DNA of 64,000 nucleotides from a virus. The position numbers were made by a program, and so were the translations under genes. The notes under the pieces were generated by a model that saw only the letters and a list, made by a program, of their open reading frames with translations, did no database searches and was not told the origin of the DNA. The first letter of the stretch is position 1. Each line of letters opens with the position of its first letter. Positions 1-5,708 of the stretch are shown piece by piece. The stretch covers positions 1 through 64,000 of IMG/VR virus record IMGVR_UViG_3300046787_000206. One strand, given 5' to 3'.

Positions 1-467
1 AAAAATTCTTCCAAATGCTTCTTTTCGAGCAAAACTGCCACCGCAGCGTTGATTCCGAGCTTAAATTCGTCAGAAAATTCGTCTCCGACTTCAACAAGCT
101 GCTCTTGGAGAATCTCATAGTCAGGTTCGGCACCTTTTAAGTCGTTAATCAGGTTAATTAGGCCATCTTCGGTGAACTTGACTTCGAAGCTAGCCCGACC
201 ATTAGCATCAACAGTCATCGTGAACGACTTAGCCACCGAATTGAAGAGGTCTTTGGCTACATCTAAGTCAAGTGAGGTCAACTTAGGCTTTTTAGCTATC
301 GGAGGATTGCTGTTTATCCAATTTTTCCACGTGTCGTGGTCCACTACGCTCTTGTTGCTCAGGTTTAGGTGCATATGAGTGCCTGAAGAAGGCTGCTTTG
401 AGCCAGGGTGGACATCTTGGCCCTTGTGAGCCGATTTGAAGGGTGGGAACTCCATGCGTTTTCTCAT
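1..467 (-). CDS. Hypothetical protein, 3' end runs off window (MRKRMEFPPFKSAH...)
   Basis: Manually translated open frame from ATG at 467 to the window edge (155 codons, no stop); TTGACA-18-TACCCT promoter ends 6 nt before the ATG. Confidence 0.7.
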   Translation of the reverse strand, partial: MRKRMEFPPFKSAHKGQDVHPGSKQPSSGTHMHLNLSNKSVVDHDTWKNWINSNPPIAKKPKLTSLDLDVAKDLFNSVAKSFTMTVDANGRASFEVKFTEDGLINLINDLKGAEPDYEILQEQLVEVGDEFSDEFKLGINAAVAVLLEKKHLEEF

Positions 468-473
468 AAATCC

Positions 474-503
474 AGGGTACAGGGGCGTTTTACGGGTTGT
501 CAA
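474..503 (-). promoter_or_regulatory. Sigma-A-like promoter for a leaderless leftward transcript
   Basis: TTGACA (503-498), 18 nt spacer, TACCCT (479-474), ATG 6 nt downstream. Confidence 0.55.
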
Positions 504-566
504 GGGGCGATTAAGGGTAAAATTGGCCTCGTCGGGAAAAAATGCCTCGTCGTCGGATAGGAACTC

Positions 567-785
567 ATGGCACAGAATAACTTTGGTCCAGGTTGGGCTG
601 CACGTGCTGTTCGAGCATCTAACAAGCGTAAGGCTGCTAAGCCAGCGTTGCCTGTGAAGAACCCTATCCAGTTTCCTGAGCCTACTGAGCCAGTTGAGCA
701 CAATGAGGGCATCTGGTGCCCCCAGAAGTGTGGCCAGAAGATTACAGGCAGTATTGTCGCTCACTTGACCGAGAAGCACTCATAA
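567..785 (+). CDS. Small protein with C-terminal C2H2-like zinc motif
   Basis: CPQKC...HLTEKH; AGGA RBS; TAATG coupling to next gene. Confidence 0.65.
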   Translation: MAQNNFGPGWAARAVRASNKRKAAKPALPVKNPIQFPEPTEPVEHNEGIWCPQKCGQKITGSIVAHLTEKHS

Positions 786-1102
786 TGGCTGACCGTAATT
801 CTAACTTTAGGGACAGTGCCCTGTATCATGGCACATCCCACCCATTTGAAATTGGCGACATCATCGAGCCTCGCCACATCGAGCCTACCAACCCTTATAA
901 CCGACCATCTGACGCTAAAGCTTGGGCAACCCCAAATGCTGATGCTGCGTTCTCTTTTGGCAGTAGACGCACAGGAAAGGCCGCCAAGGTGTTCCAGGTA
1001 GCTCCAATCGAGCCTTCTGAGCCGAAGTATTTGAATGACGACCCTAACTCAGGTCAGGTCTACAGCAAAAAGGGCTTCAAAGTAGTCAAGAGGGTCAAGT
1101 AA
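785..1102 (+). CDS. Arr-like (rifampin ADP-ribosyltransferase fold) NAD-dependent ADP-ribosyltransferase
   Basis: LYHGTS, GDIIEP, WAT, VFQVAP, DDPN, VYS..FKVV motifs follow the Arr order; start moved to ATG 785 (TAATG overlap). Confidence 0.65.
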   Translation: MADRNSNFRDSALYHGTSHPFEIGDIIEPRHIEPTNPYNRPSDAKAWATPNADAAFSFGSRRTGKAAKVFQVAPIEPSEPKYLNDDPNSGQVYSKKGFKVVKRVK

Positions 1103-1422
1103 TGGGCGCAAATAACGCAGACTTTAATGGGTTGAGCTTCGAGTACGACAAAATCGGCAGTTTGCACTATCTAGAAGCCCAAAAAGGCGGAGAAGTAGTT
1201 GGCAAGCTTAACTGGGCCCACCCAAGCGGTAACGTGACAGGTATTCACGTCCCAAAGGAGCACCGCCGTCAGGGCATCGCCACTGCTCTATATAACGAGG
1301 GCAACCGCCTATCAGCTACTCGAGGCATCCCTAAGCCGAAGATTACTAATGACCGCACTAATGACGGCGAAGCTTGGTCTCGCAGTCTGGGAATTAGGCT
1401 TCCTAAAAATAAAAATCTTTAA
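1102..1422 (+). CDS. GNAT-family acetyltransferase
   Basis: IHVPKEHRRQGIATALY acetyl-CoA motif A. Confidence 0.8.
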   Translation: MGANNADFNGLSFEYDKIGSLHYLEAQKGGEVVGKLNWAHPSGNVTGIHVPKEHRRQGIATALYNEGNRLSATRGIPKPKITNDRTNDGEAWSRSLGIRLPKNKNL

Positions 1423-1427
1423 CACAC

Positions 1428-1455
1428 TTGACAACATGTGGAAAGTTATTAAACT
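1428..1455 (+). promoter_or_regulatory. Sigma-A-like promoter of the ncRNA/tRNA island
   Basis: TTGACA (1428-1433), 16 nt spacer, TAAACT (1450-1455); predicted start about 1461. Confidence 0.6.
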
Positions 1456-1462
1456 TGATACC

Positions 1463-1545
1463 ACTACAGATGCGTCTTCTCCTTTCTGTCGTTTGTAGTT
1501 GTTTGGTGAACAGCGGCCCCAAGTCCCCCCTTCGCTTGGGGCCGT
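1463..1545 (+). ncRNA. Putative two-hairpin sRNA with pyrimidine/C-rich loops (6C-RNA-like)
   Basis: Stem ACTACAGATG/CGTTTGTAGT with loop containing CTCCTTTC; stem GCGGCCCCAAG/CTTGGGGCCGT with loop TCCCCCCTTCG; begins at the predicted TSS. Confidence 0.45.
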
Positions 1546-1554
1546 ATCACCTAA

Positions 1555-1634
1555 GGGCCTGAAATGGTGTCGATTGCTTCTCAAAGCCGCTAGTCGGAGG
1601 AAGTAAGACCACAGTTCGATTCTGTGCAGGTCCA
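1555..1634 (+). ncRNA. ssrA: Minimal tmRNA: tRNA-like domain only, no mRNA-like domain
   Basis: Acceptor GGGCCTG/CAGGTCC with G3.U70 and A discriminator; stemless D-loop AAATGGTGTCGA; helix 2 TTGCTTCT/GGAAGTAA; GAC linker; T-arm CACAG-TTCGATT-CTGTG. Confidence 0.8.
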
Positions 1635-1704
1635 CGATGGGAGAGGCAAGACAGAGGGCTCTGAATACAGGGCGTGGCTGTCCAACTCTCTCCTCATCAC
1701 CAAA

Positions 1705-1776
1705 TGCCCGCTGGCGCAATGGCAGCGCAAGAAGCTGTTAACTTCGAGGTTCCTGGTTCGAGTCCAGGGCGGGCAG
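1705..1776 (+). tRNA. tRNA-Asn(GTT), CCA not encoded
   Basis: Cloverleaf TGCCCGC/GCGGGCA, anticodon loop CTGTTAA, T-loop TTCGAGT. Confidence 0.92.
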
Positions 1777-1855
1777 CTATAGAAGTCCCCTTCTTCTATA
1801 CGGCTCGGTACTCATGCCGTCAAATGAGTATCCGTACCAGATGCGAGTTCTGGAA

Positions 1856-1935
1856 GAGTCGATGGTGTAACGGCAGCACATCTCCCACTGACGAGTGGAC
1901 AAAGAGAAGGTACGGGTTCAAATCCCACAGACTCA
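1856..1935 (+). pseudogene. Degenerate tRNA-like element with anticodon loop replaced by a hairpin
   Basis: GAGTC/GACTC acceptor, D-arm GTGT-AACGGCA-GCAC, T-loop GGG-TTCAAAT-CCC; TCTC/GAGA encloses CCACT-GACG-AGTGG instead of a 7-nt loop. Confidence 0.55.
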
Positions 1936-2090
1936 CTCAAAGGAATGCTCTGAACAAGTGTTCCTGCGATGTATCACTACTGAAACCTATCCCTGTGGAA
2001 GCATCATACGAAGGCGTTCAGGCTGATGGAGATTGCTCTGCGACCCCACTAGGTAGTGACAGCTGGCAGGCTTACCCGTGGCCAGCACAT

Positions 2091-2166
2091 GCCTCCTTAG
2101 CTCATCTGGTAGAGTGCCTCACTTGTAATGAGGATGTGGCGGGTTCAAGTCCTGCAGGAGGCTCCA
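2091..2166 (+). tRNA. tRNA-Thr(TGT)
   Basis: Cloverleaf GCCTCCT/AGGAGGC, anticodon loop CTTGTAA, encoded CCA. Confidence 0.95.
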
Positions 2167-2267
2167 GTCTGTCAATGGATAGCGTGACTGAACGTGTACT
2201 ACGGACCATTGGCCCTGAAGATGAGCAGGTTAGGGTAGCACCCTTACACAAAACAGCCTCATCACAT

Positions 2268-2342
2268 GTCGGAGTAGAGAAGTTCGGTTATCTCGCCAGC
2301 CTCATAAGCTGGAGCTCGCAGGTTCAAATCCTGCCTCCGCCT
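2268..2342 (+). tRNA. tRNA-Met(CAT), U2.C71 mismatch, CCA not encoded
   Basis: Anticodon arm CCAGC-CTCATAA-GCTGG, T-arm GCAGG-TTCAAAT-CCTGC; Met vs Ile2 not resolved. Confidence 0.88.
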
Positions 2343-2583
2343 CGACTTACCCCTGCGGTTCGTAACTGTTCAGCACCTCGCAAGAGACTAAGTGGTAAGC
2401 AATGCCTGTAGGGCTGACTCTGGGATGAGTATGTCCAGGAGCGATTACAGGTAAAACTAGCTCCTCTTCATCTTTCGGGATTGATTAGGTTTAGTAGTAA
2501 CAACAGGTTAGACCTCGCTTCTGCAGAAGTAAGCTGACCTCCCGACAGTCGGGCGTGTGTAGACAACGATAGGTTCGCTCCAA

Positions 2584-2669
2584 GGAAGCACGCCGAAGTA
2601 GGAGAGTCGGGGCGGTCTGTAAAACCGTTGGGTGCACCTGAGTGGGTTCAAATCCCTCTGCTTCCACCA
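2584..2669 (+). tRNA. tRNA-Tyr(GTA), long variable arm
   Basis: GGAAGCA/TGCTTCC acceptor, GCGGT-CTGTAAA-ACCGT, encoded CCA. Confidence 0.92.
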
Positions 2670-2822
2670 ACAGCGGAACCCTTCGCACATCTAACCAGTG
2701 TGCCTACAGTTCTGCTGGGCCCACATCTGTTCGTACGGAGTGGTGCTCCCTTGGTCCTGCAGGACCTTGTCGGGGTGTGGGTTAGCCAGAGTAGCCGAGC
2801 ATTTGCCACGGGCTCTGGGTAT

Positions 2823-2896
2823 GTCGGTAAAGTGTTACGGTAGCACGGCGGTCTCCAACACCGCAAGCCCAGGTTCGACTCCTGGTACCCTCGCCA
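2823..2896 (+). tRNA. tRNA-Trp(CCA), two acceptor-stem mismatches
   Basis: GCGGT-CTCCAAC-ACCGC, CCAGG-TTCGACT-CCTGG, encoded CCA; acceptor GTCGGTA/TACCCTC. Confidence 0.85.
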
Positions 2897-2897
2897 A

Positions 2898-2972
2898 TCC
2901 CCATTCGTCTAATTGGCAAGACGCTAGTTTCTGGTGCTGGTTATCGAGGTTCGAGTCCTTGGTGGGGAGCCA
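2898..2972 (+). tRNA. tRNA-Gln(CTG)
   Basis: TCCCCAT/GTGGGGA acceptor, anticodon loop TTCTGGT, encoded CCA. Confidence 0.92.
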
Positions 2973-2975
2973 ACA

Positions 2976-3092
2976 CCCCAGAACCGTCCCTGTAATGCTT
3001 CAAAAGTATCAACTGAATGATACTTTTGAAGTATCGGTCAAACGGCTGGGGTTTTGCACCAGTACGATTGTTTAAGACGATAAACAATCGTA
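2976..3092 (+). repeat. Two long inverted repeats closing the RNA island
   Basis: ATGCTTCAAAAGTATCA/TGATACTTTTGAAGTAT inside CCCCAG...CTGGGG; TACGATTGTTTA/TAAACAATCGTA (3063-3092). Confidence 0.8.
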
Positions 3093-3112
3093 AGGACAAT
3101 AAGGAGTAATAC

Positions 3113-3487
3113 ATGTCGAAGAAAAAAGATAAGAGAATCGCCCATGCCGAAATGGTATGGGAGCGTGAGCAACTGCAGGCTGCCCTGGCAGTAGAGAAGA
3201 TTGACAAGTCCCTCTTTGTTATTGAAGAGTATAAAGACGAGCTAACTGACGAGCAGATTGAGAACATCCGCCTTCAGGTTCAGAATCAGCGTACAGAGAT
3301 TGAGAAGTTCCTGATGGCCGCTAGGGACAAGTTCGCAGCAAAACTGAATGAGTACAACCTTGAGGCTGTAATTGCCGACAGGCACGGCCTGGACCTCTCT
3401 AAGGCCCGTTCTATGACCCTTGACGAGGTTGTGGAGTCACGCATGGCCAGCGGCAACTTCGTTAAAGTGGATATTGAGGACCTATAA
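3113..3487 (+). CDS. Hypothetical coiled-coil protein
   Basis: AAGGAG RBS, 124 aa ORF. Confidence 0.75.
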   Translation: MSKKKDKRIAHAEMVWEREQLQAALAVEKIDKSLFVIEEYKDELTDEQIENIRLQVQNQRTEIEKFLMAARDKFAAKLNEYNLEAVIADRHGLDLSKARSMTLDEVVESRMASGNFVKVDIEDL

Positions 3488-3660
3488 TGCCTACCTATGA
3501 ATTTACCTGCCTAGAGTGTGATGACACTATCGAGCAATTCTTTCCTATTACCCAGAAGGACCACACCCTACTTTGTGAGAAGTGTGGAAATAAAAGAAAT
3601 AAAGTTTTGGGCGTAGGAGCCGTGAATTTCAAGGGGAATGGCTGGGGACACCAAGCCTAA
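3487..3660 (+). CDS. FmdB-like zinc-ribbon protein (57 aa, not in ORF track)
   Basis: MPTYEFTCLEC...CEKCG...VNFKGNGW; TAATG coupling. Confidence 0.85.
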   Translation: MPTYEFTCLECDDTIEQFFPITQKDHTLLCEKCGNKRNKVLGVGAVNFKGNGWGHQA

Positions 3661-3678
3661 TCCTTGTTAACAAGTTGA

Positions 3679-3709
3679 GACCCTAGTACTTATGTGCTAG
3701 GGTCTTTTC
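3679..3709 (+). terminator. Intrinsic terminator
   Basis: GACCCTAGTAC/GTGCTAGGGTC then TTTT. Confidence 0.65.
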
Positions 3710-3786
3710 TACAACTGAATATCGTGCGAAAAAGCTCGTACAAGAAACGACCCCAGTACTAACGTAAGGAAAGGTAAGGTCGCCTA

Positions 3787-4353
3787 ATGAAAAAGCTCAT
3801 TGCAATTGGTGCGTTTGCACTAGTAATGACAACCTGTAGCTCACCAGCTATCGGAGACCCAGGAACTAGTGCAGTAGTTCACCAGCAGGTAGAAAGGCCT
3901 GCAAATCTATTGAAACAAGCAGCCGAAGCCAGGGTAAACCTAATTCGTACTGCAGCATTAACAAGTAACACCAAAAAAGTAAACACAGTAATTAGCCAAC
4001 TCAAGGGCCGAGTTCACAAGACTCGGTATGTGTTCAGTGGCGCTACTCCATCAGGATGGGACTGTTCAGGTCTTGTCATGTGGGCGTATGAACAGCTTGG
4101 CGTTAACCTTGAGCACCGTGCGTCTAAACAGCAATCTGCTGGAACAAAGGTGAAGTCTCCTAAAGCTGGAGACATTGTGGTATTCACCTATAACGGAAGC
4201 AAATCCGCTTATCACACTGGAATCTATCTAGGTCCAGACACTATGATTCACGCTGGTGGTGGAAAGGGAGATAGCACGTCTATCGTCTCTATCAGCAAGT
4301 TTGCGGGCAAGTATAGTAAAGTAAGCTATAACCGCATCATCCAAACAATCTAA
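3787..4353 (+). CDS. Secreted NlpC/P60 peptidoglycan endopeptidase
   Basis: Signal peptide; WDCSGL, HTGIYLG, MIHA catalytic motifs. Confidence 0.92.
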   Translation: MKKLIAIGAFALVMTTCSSPAIGDPGTSAVVHQQVERPANLLKQAAEARVNLIRTAALTSNTKKVNTVISQLKGRVHKTRYVFSGATPSGWDCSGLVMWAYEQLGVNLEHRASKQQSAGTKVKSPKAGDIVVFTYNGSKSAYHTGIYLGPDTMIHAGGGKGDSTSIVSISKFAGKYSKVSYNRIIQTI

Positions 4354-4361
4354 GGAACATA

Positions 4362-4817
4362 TTGGGAAAACCATTTAGTCAAAAACTCTATGACAAAAAT
4401 GACGATGCAAAGTTTCAAGTAATTGACTGGCTCAATTCTGGTGACTGGGACTCAGGGGTAAACCCTGACCAGTACGGAATTGATGTTCTGGGCACCTACG
4501 AAGATACCGAAGCAATGTTTGAAGTAGAAGTAAAGCACAACTGGAAGGGACCTAGATTCCCGTACAATGAGGTACATTGGCCAGCACGCAAACTGAAGTT
4601 CGCAAAGCTAGAAGGCAACGTCTTCTTTGTTATGTTGAATCATGAGCGCAGTCATGCACTAGTAGCTAAGGCTACTGATGTTCTGGCCTCTGACATTGTA
4701 GTTAAGGCAACGAAGTACACTGCTTCTGAGGAGTTCATAGAAGTCCCTAAGAGCAAGTGTCGCTTCTTCTCCTTTACTCCAGTTGAAGGTGGGCTCACAC
4801 CAAAAGACATACTCTGA
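4362..4817 (+). CDS. Putative PD-(D/E)XK nuclease-fold protein
   Basis: IDVLG...FEVEVK motif. Confidence 0.55.
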   Translation: MGKPFSQKLYDKNDDAKFQVIDWLNSGDWDSGVNPDQYGIDVLGTYEDTEAMFEVEVKHNWKGPRFPYNEVHWPARKLKFAKLEGNVFFVMLNHERSHALVAKATDVLASDIVVKATKYTASEEFIEVPKSKCRFFSFTPVEGGLTPKDIL

Positions 4818-4834
4818 TATATTAATTAAGTAAA

Positions 4835-4867
4835 TACTCCCCCACGCAGCTTAGGCGGTGGGGGAGT
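4835..4867 (+). terminator. Hairpin terminator
   Basis: ACTCCCCCAC/GTGGGGGAGT then TGTCTTTTT. Confidence 0.6.
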
Positions 4868-4891
4868 TGTCTTTTTGTCATACTAGAAGCT

Positions 4892-5077
4892 ATGAGTAAT
4901 CCACTAAGTGCAGCGCAGATGGCTTCAGAAGCCAAGAGCACGGGCACAGTCAACGCCCAAGGGCAAACAAAAGCTATCGGCTCTAAGGAGTACGAGCTTG
5001 GCGTAGACAGGCCTGTAGGAGAAGAGAGCTACCTTCCTACTGAAGGCATTAAGCCAGGAAGCACTACGGGCTACTAA
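4892..5077 (+). CDS. Hypothetical protein
   Basis: 61 aa; TAATG coupling to next gene. Confidence 0.65.
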   Translation: MSNPLSAAQMASEAKSTGTVNAQGQTKAIGSKEYELGVDRPVGEESYLPTEGIKPGSTTGY

Positions 5078-5385
5078 TGATTAACCGTAACGTATCCTCT
5101 ACCCAGGCTAACGGCATGATGGGTGGACCTCGAGGTAAGAAGGGCACTTACCTAATGGGAAATCTAGCAGAAACTAGCGGAACAACATATGGTGGTCAGG
5201 GCCTTGGATGGTACTGGCAGGGATACCCGTCTGTAATTGGCGGAATGACCGAATACGACCCATCAGCACTCATGCCAGGCTCCAATATGGAGGCTGTCCG
5301 ACAGAGCGAAGTATCTACTAGCAAAGTTGGCGGAGGAGCTGCCCAGGCAGAAGTACCCGACTACGGTGGCACTGCCGCTTATTAA
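5077..5385 (+). CDS. Hypothetical protein
   Basis: 102 aa, coupled. Confidence 0.65.
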   Translation: MINRNVSSTQANGMMGGPRGKKGTYLMGNLAETSGTTYGGQGLGWYWQGYPSVIGGMTEYDPSALMPGSNMEAVRQSEVSTSKVGGGAAQAEVPDYGGTAAY

Positions 5386-5438
5386 ACCGTTTTAATTCGT
5401 TACAAAATATGGGGAACTCAACTTAGATTGAGGATGTA

Positions 5439-5708
5439 ATGAGACTTTTTGGAAATGTAATTATGCGCATTGTTGCGACGTTTGTCGCATCTGCGCTAGG
5501 CGTCATCGGGGCTGGCGCTATTGGTGGCGTGCCTATCTGGGCCGCTGCAATGATGGGCGGAATCTTGGCCGTAGCCAAGGTAGTAGAACTACTAGCCCTG
5601 GCATTCCTTGAAGACGGCAAGCTTACACTTGCCGAAATCAACGCTGCTTTCCGTCAGACTATTGCGCTGAAGAACGTGACCGAAGAAGAGGAGAAGCTGA
5701 AAAAATAA
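5439..5708 (+). CDS. Two-TM membrane protein, holin-like
   Basis: Two hydrophobic helices; GKLTLAEINAAF resembles GTLDAQDIANAF of 8552..8944. Confidence 0.6.
   Translation: MRLFGNVIMRIVATFVASALGVIGAGAIGGVPIWAAAMMGGILAVAKVVELLALAFLEDGKLTLAEINAAFRQTIALKNVTEEEEKLKK

Noticed and set aside
1555-1634. Ordinary tRNA-Ala or permuted two-piece tmRNA
   Set aside because: No D-stem or 7-nt anticodon loop; the 5' and 3' halves are in standard order and contiguous
2343-2583. Theta/HDV-like, twister or hammerhead ribozyme in tRNA trailers
   Set aside because: Could not build the required nested pseudoknots or catalytic cores by hand; needs a motif search
1312-3075. ORF-track entries over the RNA island (e.g. 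1674..2411, 2698..3075)
   Set aside because: They overlap tRNAs, lack RBS and show no protein-like motifs
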